The translations under genes and the position numbers were made by a program. From a virus (lineage: Duplodnaviria; Caudoviricetes): a stretch of DNA of 64,000 nucleotides. The first letter of the stretch is position 1. Each line of letters opens with the position of its first letter. Positions 1 to 8,601 of the stretch are shown piece after piece. The notes under the pieces are model-generated. The model had not been told where the DNA came from. It worked only from the letters and a program-made list of their open reading frames with translations, and made no database searches. Location: the IMG/VR virus record IMGVR_UViG_3300017707_000735, positions 12,322-76,321 of that record; one strand, 5' to 3'.

Positions 1-84
1 GGTAATGTAGTAGGTGGTGTTCTTGGAGCAGGAGCTGCAGGTGCCGGTGGTTACTTTGCTTATAAAAAGCTTAAGAAACAATAG
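1..84 (+). CDS. 3' end of a CDS (partial) with a Gly-zipper hydrophobic segment and basic tail
   Basis: Frame 1 reads GNVVGGVLGAGAAGAGGYFAYKKLKKQ* (TAG 82-84), followed 2 nt later by the next ATG. Not in the ORF track because it has no start in the window. Confidence 0.75.
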   Translation, partial: GNVVGGVLGAGAAGAGGYFAYKKLKKQ

Positions 85-86
85 TT

Positions 87-629
87 ATGAAATCTCCTAA
101 AGTTAAAGTTACTGCAGGTGGAGAAAAACATGTAGTATACAAGAAGACTACAAAAAGAGGTGAGGGAAAGGTTGGCAACATTATGGTCAACCACCCAACC
201 AAAGATAAAGGGCAGTGGGACACAATAGATCTTACTGCCAAAGGAAGAGCAAAGACAATTAAACAGGGTGTGGCAGCTACAAAGAAATGGCATAGAGATA
301 ACCCTGATTATGACTATAAAGGCAAAGGGTTGTCAAAGATGAAGTCTGGTGGAAGCACTGCAGCTTGGACACGCAAAGAAGGTAAGAATCCAGAGGGTGG
401 TCTTAATGCTAAAGGTGTAGCAAGCTATAGAGCAGCTAATCCAGGTAGTAAACTTAAGACAGCTGTAACTACTAAACCTTCAAAGATTAAACCTGGAAGT
501 GAAGCTGCAGGTAGACGCAAGTCTTTCTGTAGCAGAATGTCAGGGATGAAGAAAAAACTAACAAGTGCAAAGACAGCTAATGATCCTAACTCAAGGATTA
601 ACAAGTCTTTAAGAAAGTGGAATTGTTAA
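87..629 (+). CDS. Basic phage protein with C-terminal DUF6321-like domain
   Basis: 180 aa, Lys-rich. The C-terminus AAWTRKEGKNPEGGLNAKG...SFCSRM...RINKSLRKWNC resembles a widespread small phage family I recall as DUF6321. Confidence 0.7.
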   Translation: MKSPKVKVTAGGEKHVVYKKTTKRGEGKVGNIMVNHPTKDKGQWDTIDLTAKGRAKTIKQGVAATKKWHRDNPDYDYKGKGLSKMKSGGSTAAWTRKEGKNPEGGLNAKGVASYRAANPGSKLKTAVTTKPSKIKPGSEAAGRRKSFCSRMSGMKKKLTSAKTANDPNSRINKSLRKWNC

Positions 630-650
630 ATTTTATATATATAATTAATC

Positions 651-1199
651 ATGGCAACAACAAAAAAAACCAGTCCTACAAAAATGGCTACCACGGCTAT
701 TAAGAAAAAGAAAGCTTCTTCTAAAAGAAGTACCTTAACACCTAATGCTCATACTTACCGTTCTAGAAAAGATGGCTCACATGTGTTTAAATCAACTAAT
801 GAGAAGGGTAAGATTGACTACATTGGTAGTAGTCAAGATAGATCTAAAGGTGCCGGTATGAAAAGTAAAACTTTTTATGCTGGTTATGATGGTGGTGTTA
901 CTGGTTATGCTAAGAAACCTGTGAGTTATACAGTAACAAGCAGTAGTGATAGTAATAAGTCAGGGACTAAACACTTTGAAAAGAGTATTGATACTACAGG
1001 ATTTGCTGCAGGTAAGAAAAACTTTACTGTTGTAAGTAAACAAAAGTTGCCGGGAGGTAATATGTATAAAATTACAAAGTCTAAGACTGATAGAAAAGGT
1101 GCTCTAGATACTATTAATAGAATGAAGAAGAGAGCAAGAAAACCTTTCACATCTTCAAAAGCAACTAGCTCTAAACCATTAACTACCAAAAAGAAATAA
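651..1199 (+). CDS. Lys/Ser/Thr-rich basic hypothetical protein
   Basis: 182-aa ORF, tightly packed, AT-rich leader (aattaatcATG), basic N- and C-terminal tails. Confidence 0.8.
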   Translation: MATTKKTSPTKMATTAIKKKKASSKRSTLTPNAHTYRSRKDGSHVFKSTNEKGKIDYIGSSQDRSKGAGMKSKTFYAGYDGGVTGYAKKPVSYTVTSSSDSNKSGTKHFEKSIDTTGFAAGKKNFTVVSKQKLPGGNMYKITKSKTDRKGALDTINRMKKRARKPFTSSKATSSKPLTTKKK

Positions 1200-1201
1200 T
1201 C

Positions 1202-2275
1202 ATGGCAAAGATGGCATGCGCTCAATGTGGTGGCGCAAAAAGAATGCAAGATGGAGGAACTGCTTCTAAGAAAGCAATAAGACAAGGTATGCGTGCAGTA
1301 AAAAAAGCAGACCGTCAGGATAAGCGTTACATGAATAAATATGAAAAACAAAAAGCTGAAGAACTTATGAAATCTAAAAGATTCCAAAAAGGTGGTATGA
1401 CTGGTATTATTGGTATGCCTAAATATGGTAATAATCCAAATACTCAAGAAGGACGTATGCTTAAGAAGGGCGGCTCTGCTGCATCTAAAGGTTGTCCTGA
1501 TGGATATTACTGGACTATTGATGGTTGTCAACCAAAGTATTCTGGTTATAAAGGACCATTATCATCTATTGGTGCTAAATTAGGTGTTGGTTCTGGAATT
1601 GCTGCGGGCATTGGTATAGCTGCAAAAGCTATTAGTGATAGAAAGAAAAGAAAAGCAGCAGAGAAAGAAGAATCAATGAAGTTGGTTAACGATGCTAAAA
1701 AAATCAAAGACAAGTTGGCTCCTAAAAAACATGGGGGTCTTGCTAAAGCTGATTCTGGTATGCAGGTAAAACGTAATATCACTAGACCTCTTCCTCCTAA
1801 TACATCTGGTGTAAGAAAGAAATACGCTAATGGTGGAGTAACACAATCATTTGCTCAAAACCGTGCTGTAATGGCGTCATGTAAAAATGGAATGGTTAGA
1901 GATGCTGGTGGTAAATGTGTTATGGAACGTAAGATGTCCAAAGGTGGTTTAGCAAAAGCACAAACTGGTACAACTGTACCGGCAGGAACTGTGGTAAAAG
2001 GAGGTAAGGTCTGGAATGGTAAAGGATACAATCCTGCCCCTGTAAATCCAGCACCTGCTAATACTGTTCCTGTAGGAACTGTTATCAACGATGGCAGAAT
2101 CTGGAATGGAAAAGGTTATGATCCAGCTCCGGTAAAAGGAAAAAGAGGTGGTACTAAAATGGCTAAAGGAGGTATGACCAAAGCAAAGAAGTTTGCTGCA
2201 CTAGCTCCACCATATAACAAAGCTACAGCTGCTGATAGAATTGCAGGCGCTAAGAAGAACTCAAGAAAAAAATAA
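1202..2275 (+). CDS. Basic modular protein with about 8 xxxGG motifs; putative internal virion protein
   Basis: 357 aa. Contains MQDGG, FQKGG, LKKGG, KKHGG, YANGG, MSKGG, KRGG and MAKGG, a Gly-rich hydrophobic stretch LGVGSGIAAGIGIAA, and an internal tandem repeat. Confidence 0.8.
   Translation: MAKMACAQCGGAKRMQDGGTASKKAIRQGMRAVKKADRQDKRYMNKYEKQKAEELMKSKRFQKGGMTGIIGMPKYGNNPNTQEGRMLKKGGSAASKGCPDGYYWTIDGCQPKYSGYKGPLSSIGAKLGVGSGIAAGIGIAAKAISDRKKRKAAEKEESMKLVNDAKKIKDKLAPKKHGGLAKADSGMQVKRNITRPLPPNTSGVRKKYANGGVTQSFAQNRAVMASCKNGMVRDAGGKCVMERKMSKGGLAKAQTGTTVPAGTVVKGGKVWNGKGYNPAPVNPAPANTVPVGTVINDGRIWNGKGYDPAPVKGKRGGTKMAKGGMTKAKKFAALAPPYNKATAADRIAGAKKNSRKK
1973..2134 (+). repeat. Tandem duplication (90-nt period) encoding TVPxGTVxxxGxxWNGKGYxPAPV twice
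   Basis: TVPAGTVVKGGKVWNGKGYNPAPV versus TVPVGTVINDGRIWNGKGYDPAPV. Confidence 0.9.
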
Positions 2276-2282
2276 TACTGTT

Positions 2283-3047
2283 ATGAAAAGTTCATTACCT
2301 AAAGCTAGATTTGGAAAAATAATCAAAGCCGTTGCTACAACAGGTAAAGCTGCTAAAGTTGTTAGATCAACTAGAAAAGTTGCAGGTACTACTATGGCTA
2401 AAGATGCCATAGCTGCAGCATCTAAAAGAACAACTGCAGCTAAGAAGGTGACAACAGCAGCTCCTAAAAAAACAACAGCTCAGCTAAAAGCTGAAAAATC
2501 TGCTGCTGATAAAAAGGCTAAAAATGTTGCACATGAAAAAACTGTGGCAGAAACTAAAAGAAGATCTGCTAAAAACACAGCTACCATTACTGCTAAACCT
2601 AAGTTAGAATCTGTTCCTAAACCAGCAGATGTTAAAAAAGCTAAAGGACCTAAAATCAGTAATAGTGTTTTGAAGAGTGCTCTAGAAGAAGCTTATGGAA
2701 TTCCTAAAGCTACTAGAGGACGTCCAGCTAAAGCTAAAGTAGAAGCTCCAAAAGCGGAAGCACCTAAAGCTGAAACACCAAAGCCTGCAGAAGCTAAACC
2801 AAAAACTCCAACAACTTCAAAGAAGAAAACTACCACAGCTACTTCTAAGAAAAAACCTGAAGCCAAAAAGAAGGAAGATCCTAAGAAAAAGGAAAAGCCT
2901 ATGACTAAAGAGGAGATCAAAGACAACGCTGCAAAGTGGAAAAAAAGACTTGGTCTTAGTGTAGGTATTGCTGGTGGTCTTGGACTTTGGGCAGCATCTA
3001 AAAGTAAAGCAAAGAAAAAAGAAGGATGGAATCCACCTTATAAATAA
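2283..3047 (+). CDS. Histone H1-like Lys/Ala-rich protein with a C-terminal hydrophobic segment
   Basis: ATG at 2283 preferred over the upstream overlapping start at 2241. Contains AAKK/APKK/EAPKAEAPK repeats and C-terminal LGLSVGIAGGLGLWAA. Confidence 0.8.
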   Translation: MKSSLPKARFGKIIKAVATTGKAAKVVRSTRKVAGTTMAKDAIAAASKRTTAAKKVTTAAPKKTTAQLKAEKSAADKKAKNVAHEKTVAETKRRSAKNTATITAKPKLESVPKPADVKKAKGPKISNSVLKSALEEAYGIPKATRGRPAKAKVEAPKAEAPKAETPKPAEAKPKTPTTSKKKTTTATSKKKPEAKKKEDPKKKEKPMTKEEIKDNAAKWKKRLGLSVGIAGGLGLWAASKSKAKKKEGWNPPYK

Positions 3048-3052
3048 TTGAG

Positions 3053-3751
3053 ATGTTAAATAGTGTATTAACCATAAAAGTAAAACAACGCCTGAACAAA
3101 TTAGATTCTCAGGACTATGACAACATTGAATGTTGGCAGATAGTAGAGGCATTTAATAAAGCTCAGGTAGAGTGGTCTAGAAGACAGCTTCATGGTTTGA
3201 ATATAGTTAAAGAAGGTGATGAACAGTCAACAAGAAGAATTGATGACCTTCAAGCCTTGCTTATTACATCTACTATACCTGCTACTGATGAAGAGATATC
3301 ATGGTCTATTGCTATCCCGGAAAATTATTTCCAGTGGAAAAGAGTAGATGCTTATGCTAATCAAGGTTGTTGTTCAGATAGACGCATGGTAGTTTACTTA
3401 GCAGAAGAAGCTAACTTGAGTCAACTACTTAGAGATGATGCAAAGAAACCTAGCTTTGAGTGGGGTGAAACTTTTGCTACCTTAAAGAATAACAGGATTT
3501 ATGTTTACACTAATGGTGAGTTTAATGTGTCATCTATGGCGTTAACTTACTACAGACAACCGCAAAAGATTCAAGTTGAAGGTTGTGTAGATCCATACAC
3601 AGGAGTGCAGTCTACTACAAATGTAGAATGTGAATTCAAAGATGATATAATTGAAGTAATAATTGATGAAGCAGTGAGCATACTTGCTGGAGATATTGAG
3701 TCAGGAAACCAATTCTCTAGAGGTTCAGAAACTGCAGAACGTAACAACTAA
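3053..3751 (+). CDS. Head-tail adaptor / tail ring protein 1-like (crAss R1, P22 gp4-like)
   Basis: 232 aa. N-terminal helical motif KQRLNKLDSQDY...VEAFNKAQ, middle YxxxP motif and C-terminal CEF...IIDEAV, as in crAss-like ring proteins. Position in the structural module fits. Confidence 0.65.
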   Translation: MLNSVLTIKVKQRLNKLDSQDYDNIECWQIVEAFNKAQVEWSRRQLHGLNIVKEGDEQSTRRIDDLQALLITSTIPATDEEISWSIAIPENYFQWKRVDAYANQGCCSDRRMVVYLAEEANLSQLLRDDAKKPSFEWGETFATLKNNRIYVYTNGEFNVSSMALTYYRQPQKIQVEGCVDPYTGVQSTTNVECEFKDDIIEVIIDEAVSILAGDIESGNQFSRGSETAERNN

Positions 3752-3756
3752 TAGTA

Positions 3757-4206
3757 ATGGACAAACCAAGAATGTTAAAAAGAAATCCTGAGCCCGCAGC
3801 AAGTTATTCAGCACCGGCAGGAGGATCAATTGATTCAATGACGTCAGCATGTGTATCAGAGTTAATGAATGCTGCAACAAGCTTTCACAAACTTCACCTT
3901 AAAGTAACTGGTATAGGATCACATGCTGCACATACAGCGCTTAATGATTTGTATGATGCATTACCCGGACACGCGGATAGTTTAGCAGAAGGATATCAGG
4001 GAGCATCAGAAAAACTACTAGAGTACCAAGATGTATCTCCAAGATCACTTTCATCTGTAGAAGATGGTATAAGTTACCTTAGAGATATGTATGCAATGGT
4101 GACTAGCTTGCAAGCTAAGATGCCTTATTCTGAGATTGTAAATTCATTAGATACCCTAAAGGATAGCATCAACTCAGCTAAGTACAAACTTATTTTCTTA
4201 AAATAA
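3757..4206 (+). CDS. Dps/ferritin-like four-helix protein (DUF5856-like)
   Basis: HKLHLKVTG...HxALNDLYD...ADSLAEGYQG matches the Dps ferroxidase pattern (HWNVxG...HxxLDExY...DxxAER). Confidence 0.8.
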   Translation: MDKPRMLKRNPEPAASYSAPAGGSIDSMTSACVSELMNAATSFHKLHLKVTGIGSHAAHTALNDLYDALPGHADSLAEGYQGASEKLLEYQDVSPRSLSSVEDGISYLRDMYAMVTSLQAKMPYSEIVNSLDTLKDSINSAKYKLIFLK

Positions 4207-4239
4207 TTTGGAAATCTTAATTTGATTTCCTATATTATA
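4207..4239 (+). promoter_or_regulatory. Putative late promoter TTTG-N20-TATATTATA
   Basis: TTTG 4207-4210, 20-nt spacer, TATATTATA from 4231. Resembles the Bacteroidota -33/-7 consensus TTTG / TAnnTTTG. Confidence 0.6.
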
Positions 4240-4271
4240 GTGTATATATTTATTAACTAAAAACAAAAACA

Positions 4272-5894
4272 ATGGCTTATTTTAATCACGCCTTTAACAA
4301 AGTGTTCTTGGGAACAGGAAAAACAAATAATGATCTTCAGTTACCTGTAGGACTTGTTAGTACCGTTGAGGGTTACGTAACAACAGAACATTCAATTCCT
4401 ACTTATGGATTGAACCAATTGCATGACTATGCAATGCAAAGTGGTAGTCCTTACGAATCTGGATACTTTGGAGCATTCTACTCTACAGGAGCTAATGCTA
4501 ACAAATCTTGGACAGCTACTGACAACTGCTGCAGCATTTACTTTGCTGGTTCAGCTATCTACTCTAGCGACAAGATTGGTCCATTTGCTGGAGGTTACCA
4601 AGAGACTAACAAGTCTAAAATGGTTAACCCTAAGTATGTCTCTAGATTCTACCGTGTAGATCCTTGTCAACCATCTAACAATGTAATCAACATTGGTCAT
4701 ACACCTTACACTAGCTCACGTGCTTTATCACTTGCTATTACAAATGATGGTGTTGATTTGGTAAACGGGGTTTATACAGATATTCCATTGGTTGATACAA
4801 CTGCTCCAACAGGATCAGGTCTTATTGTTACAATTACAGTTTCTGGAAACAATGTAACATTTGTAGAAATTACTAATGGTGGTACAGGATGGGTAACAGG
4901 TGATATTGTTACTACATCAACTGAATTGATTCCATATACAAACCCAGGTGGTGAAAATGCTCAACCTACATTTACAGTAACTGCTGGAATTGGTGCTGAC
5001 TGTTGTAGAGAATTCTTGTGTGGTGAAACTTATACTCTACGTGTAGACATCAAAGGTTCTCCAGCACTACGTTATTTGAACCACAATGCTTATATCCTTG
5101 CTGATTACTATACAGGATGTTGCCCTACAGGAGATATCGCTCCTACACCAGTAGACTCAACATTGGTAATGATTGGATGGGCTAACCGTATTGTTAACTA
5201 CCCAGTAGTTAATCCATTTGTTCTTCCTATTGTAATTGATGAAGCAGGTAATGAGTGGTACAAGCCAGGAACATTGAATAACCTTGGACAACCAGTAGCT
5301 AATACTTGGGATAAATATGTATCTACAGGACACGCTGAAGGTGAGTGTGCAGGTTTGATCCTTAACGGAGCTTATGTTGATACTAAGTTTGGTGATTGTA
5401 CTTTCCAAGTATCTGACTTCTATGAAAAAGAGCCTGTACGTTTGTACGCTTCTGAAGTTGACTTGAATGGTGACCCATGTGAATTTAGTGGAGTATGTGT
5501 TATCACTGAGTGTCAACCTATCCAAGCACAAGGTTTTGGTGAGACAGTTCTACGTGAGTTGATTCTTTCTGAGAAATACCGTCAGAACTTCTTCCACAGT
5601 GACTTCCGTATCCGTGAGATTACTCAAGGAAACCAGATTGTAAATGTTATTGACCGCAATGCATTGTATTTTAAGTACTACTTATTGCACAATGTTCCAC
5701 GTTTCAATAACCCATCAAGTACATTTGACAATGATCAATACTTGCTTGAGTTTGTAACTAATGCTCGTATTAATTCATTTGAAGCTGATATTACTGATTG
5801 GTTAGATACATGTGGTAACTTGTGTGAATTTGAAACATATGAGTGTGAATCTTCTTGTACACCAGTAGTACCAGTAGTACCAGTTGTTGGCTAA
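4272..5894 (+). CDS. Structural protein, probable auxiliary capsid (decoration) protein
   Basis: 540 aa, beta-rich and Cys-rich. It has its own promoter and terminator, consistent with high expression. Contains an inserted TITVSG..VEITNGGTGWVTGD beta module. No HK97 major-capsid motifs recognised. Confidence 0.5.
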   Translation: MAYFNHAFNKVFLGTGKTNNDLQLPVGLVSTVEGYVTTEHSIPTYGLNQLHDYAMQSGSPYESGYFGAFYSTGANANKSWTATDNCCSIYFAGSAIYSSDKIGPFAGGYQETNKSKMVNPKYVSRFYRVDPCQPSNNVINIGHTPYTSSRALSLAITNDGVDLVNGVYTDIPLVDTTAPTGSGLIVTITVSGNNVTFVEITNGGTGWVTGDIVTTSTELIPYTNPGGENAQPTFTVTAGIGADCCREFLCGETYTLRVDIKGSPALRYLNHNAYILADYYTGCCPTGDIAPTPVDSTLVMIGWANRIVNYPVVNPFVLPIVIDEAGNEWYKPGTLNNLGQPVANTWDKYVSTGHAEGECAGLILNGAYVDTKFGDCTFQVSDFYEKEPVRLYASEVDLNGDPCEFSGVCVITECQPIQAQGFGETVLRELILSEKYRQNFFHSDFRIREITQGNQIVNVIDRNALYFKYYLLHNVPRFNNPSSTFDNDQYLLEFVTNARINSFEADITDWLDTCGNLCEFETYECESSCTPVVPVVPVVG

Positions 5895-5917
5895 TTAATT
5901 TATCACAAACTAGAATC

Positions 5918-5960
5918 GGGAGAGTGAGAGTTCCAAACTCTTCTCTCCCTTTCTTTTTTT
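5918..5960 (+). terminator. Intrinsic terminator
   Basis: Stem GGGAGAG(T)GAGAGTT-CCA-AACTCTTCTCTCCC followed by TTTCTTTTTTT. Confidence 0.85.
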
Positions 5961-5971
5961 ATATTACACCC

Positions 5972-6514
5972 ATGGCAAATCATGTATTAAGTTTAGAGGT
6001 ACCTACGGTAATGAATAACTGTATCTTGTCTATCAATGATACAAGTGTTTATGCTGACTTAGTACCCGTTACCTGTGCTACACTAAATGTGACAGTACCA
6101 GGTTTTACTTATTCTAATCAGATTGATGTAACACCTGGGTTTAACCAGATTCTTACAGGATGTGATTTAGGATTGCAGTCTACAAACTGCGGGACTACTT
6201 ATGTACCGCTAGCTGATGGTATCTATATAATCAAGTATAGTGTATCACCAAATGATATAGTGTATGTAGAGTACAATCATTTAAGAATTACACAAGCTCT
6301 TATTAGATATAACAAAGCATTATGTTCTCTAGATCTTGCAGCATGTGAGCCACCGGCTAAAACTCAAGAGAAACTAGAAAGACTGAGAATGATCAGAATG
6401 TACTTAGATGCTGCTAAAGCTAAAGTAGAATTTTGTCATGAGCCGCAAAAAGGTATGAGCTTGTATAACTATGCAATCAAACTTTTGAATAAATTTGACT
6501 GTAAAAATTGTTAA
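5972..6514 (+). CDS. Tail ring/collar protein (crAss ring 4/5-like)
   Basis: ATG at 5972 lies after the terminator; the track's 5855 start runs through the hairpin. Beta-rich N-terminal domain (YIIKYSVSP) plus a C-terminal helical pair ending in Cys residues. Confidence 0.55.
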   Translation: MANHVLSLEVPTVMNNCILSINDTSVYADLVPVTCATLNVTVPGFTYSNQIDVTPGFNQILTGCDLGLQSTNCGTTYVPLADGIYIIKYSVSPNDIVYVEYNHLRITQALIRYNKALCSLDLAACEPPAKTQEKLERLRMIRMYLDAAKAKVEFCHEPQKGMSLYNYAIKLLNKFDCKNC

Positions 6515-6532
6515 CCATAAAAAACCAACAAT

Positions 6533-6736
6533 ATGTCAAAATGTTTAAACTGCGGAGCTCAATTAACCTGTGGATGTCAAAAGAGAAAAGCATCTGATGG
6601 TAAACAAGTATGTGCCAATTGTGTTGGCAGATATGAGGCAGGGGCAACACAAAAGATTATTAAACCATTGGCTAAGCCAACTATCACTGTTCCTCAGCAT
6701 AATGCTTGGGGACCAAACAGATATAAGAAAACCTAA
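6533..6736 (+). CDS. Small Cys-rich (CxxC..CxC..CxxC) zinc-finger-like protein
   Basis: MSKCLNCGAQLTCGCQ...VCANCV, 67 aa, in operon with an A/C-rich leader. Confidence 0.75.
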   Translation: MSKCLNCGAQLTCGCQKRKASDGKQVCANCVGRYEAGATQKIIKPLAKPTITVPQHNAWGPNRYKKT

Positions 6737-6741
6737 GTAAG

Positions 6742-8568
6742 ATGGCATACGCATATTACCCAGTCATACCTTGTGGACAACAGTCTTCAATTGCTTTCAT
6801 TAGTAATGAAAGACTTGCTGGATACCCAGGATTCTTTATTAGATTTACTTCAGGTGTTCCTGCAGAATTTCTGGGTGTATGCTTCCATGTAGATCCAGGA
6901 GCATCTAATACTCTTATTGATACTACTATAAATTGGCTTACCGCAACATATGAAACGTTTACAACATGTGAAGCATGTGGGTCAGCACCAACTCTTAACA
7001 ATCCAATACCAACATACCAGTTTGATGCATGCTGTGGTGGACAACCTCAGATATACAGTATTGATACTAATACAATAGTAGACGGGGGTGTGTATATGTA
7101 TGGGGGTCCTTCTGTAGGACCTTTGGTACCGGGATGCTATACTCTAACAGAAGTACAGAGTATCACCCCTTTTCCATTTGTAGATGTAGATGACTTAGCT
7201 TTACAAGGAGACTGTACAGATGTAGCATGTCAAGCTTACTGTAATCCGTGCCAATGCTATAGTTTTACTGGAGGAAAAACAGGTGGTCTTGTAGAAGCTT
7301 TAGATTGTAATGGGGATCCTATCTCTATTGTAATAGCTGGTGACGAATTAACAGACAAGTATTGTTTGTCAGCTATTGTATCTATAACTGGAGCTACTTC
7401 TACAGCATACGGTTTATGTCAAGATGTAAACGGTACATTTGAATGTGCTGCTTGTTACACCTTACTAGACTGTGCTGGTATAGAAGAACCAATAGAAAGC
7501 ACTAACCCTAGCTTAGCTCAATATGCTGGGACTGGTATAGCTATACAAATAGCAGGATCCACGGTTTGCTGGAATGTTATTTTATCTAACAAAACAGTTT
7601 GTGATTGTGCTGTAAATGTTACTATACAGTTTGTCTATCAGACATGTATAGAATGTAACTATCCACAAGCATATAAAGTTACAGAGTGTACTACTGGTGA
7701 TGTAATCTATACAACATCAGATTTATCAGCTTACGTTAATACAGGAGCTACATTAAATTTAGACTGTGGTGGATGTTGGTTCATAGAACCTATTGAAGGC
7801 ATACCACCTTCAAATCAACCAGTAGTTGTTGAAGCCTCTTTTGAAGATTGCCCAACTTGTAACTCACAGTTCTATGAACTAACAGACTGTCTAGGTAATG
7901 AAGATTCTATAATCACTATAAATGATTTATCAGAGTATGTAGGAAAAGTAATACAGCTTCAGTTCTGTCCTGATATTTGTTGGTTGGTTACCGAAACAGA
8001 ACCACAAACCCTTTCAGGTAATGTTCTTATAGAACAATCTTTTGATACATGTCCTATATGTCTTGAAGCTTTATTAACACCAAAGTGTGCAAGTTTTGAG
8101 AATACTGGAATCACACCCGCAACAATTACTTATACCAATCTAGCAGGTATCACGGGACTAAGATTTACAGCTCAACCAGGTGAAATTATACCTAAGAGTT
8201 GTTACCTAAGTTGGAGCGTACCGTCTACTGTATTAGTTACAGAATATGGAGATTGTATTGATGGGCAGTGTCCGCCTATACCATCACCACTTTTATATAG
8301 AGCTGTAACTCCAGGATATGGTACGCCCGCGTGTACAACAGAATATTATGAGACAGTAGAGTGCGCATACTCTGAATGGATGTACAAAGATGTACTTGAA
8401 AAAAGATATGGAATTTCAAATTGTTGTCCAGATGAACTCATGAAATGGGAAATCAAACATGAGATGTTAATGCTGGACATACTAGTTAATCCAAACTATG
8501 TATGCCAAGGGGTAAGTGGATGTGGTTGTAATCAAACACATACTCCACCACCTCCTTGCAATTCTTGA
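6742..8568 (+). CDS. Cys-rich repeat structural protein (tail hub / fibre-associated)
   Basis: 608 aa with repeated YxLxxC..DLSxYV..CW units and FxxCxxC motifs. C-terminal KRYGISNCC domain. Confidence 0.6.
   Translation: MAYAYYPVIPCGQQSSIAFISNERLAGYPGFFIRFTSGVPAEFLGVCFHVDPGASNTLIDTTINWLTATYETFTTCEACGSAPTLNNPIPTYQFDACCGGQPQIYSIDTNTIVDGGVYMYGGPSVGPLVPGCYTLTEVQSITPFPFVDVDDLALQGDCTDVACQAYCNPCQCYSFTGGKTGGLVEALDCNGDPISIVIAGDELTDKYCLSAIVSITGATSTAYGLCQDVNGTFECAACYTLLDCAGIEEPIESTNPSLAQYAGTGIAIQIAGSTVCWNVILSNKTVCDCAVNVTIQFVYQTCIECNYPQAYKVTECTTGDVIYTTSDLSAYVNTGATLNLDCGGCWFIEPIEGIPPSNQPVVVEASFEDCPTCNSQFYELTDCLGNEDSIITINDLSEYVGKVIQLQFCPDICWLVTETEPQTLSGNVLIEQSFDTCPICLEALLTPKCASFENTGITPATITYTNLAGITGLRFTAQPGEIIPKSCYLSWSVPSTVLVTEYGDCIDGQCPPIPSPLLYRAVTPGYGTPACTTEYYETVECAYSEWMYKDVLEKRYGISNCCPDELMKWEIKHEMLMLDILVNPNYVCQGVSGCGCNQTHTPPPPCNS
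7453..8061 (+). repeat. Three degenerate ~70-aa Cys-rich protein repeats
   Basis: CYTLLDC..SLAQYAG..VCWNV..YQTCIEC; AYKVTEC..DLSAYVN..GCWFI..FEDCPTC; FYELTDC..DLSEYVG..ICWLV..FDTCPIC. Confidence 0.85.
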
Positions 8569-8587
8569 GAATAATTAGTATATTATA
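8555..8587 (+). promoter_or_regulatory. Putative late promoter CTTG-N20-TATATTATA
   Basis: CTTG 8555-8558, 20-nt spacer, TATATTATA from 8579, just upstream of ATG 8602. Confidence 0.55.
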
Positions 8588-8601
8588 AATATATGTAAAG
8601 T

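Noticed and set aside
4272-5894. 540-aa protein as the major capsid protein
   Set aside because: No recognisable crAss/HK97 capsid motifs. The major capsid, portal and terminase genes probably lie upstream of the window.
5855-5971. N-terminal extension of the 5855-6514 ORF
   Set aside because: It overlaps the upstream gene's PVVPVV repeat and the terminator hairpin. ATG 5972 is the plausible start.
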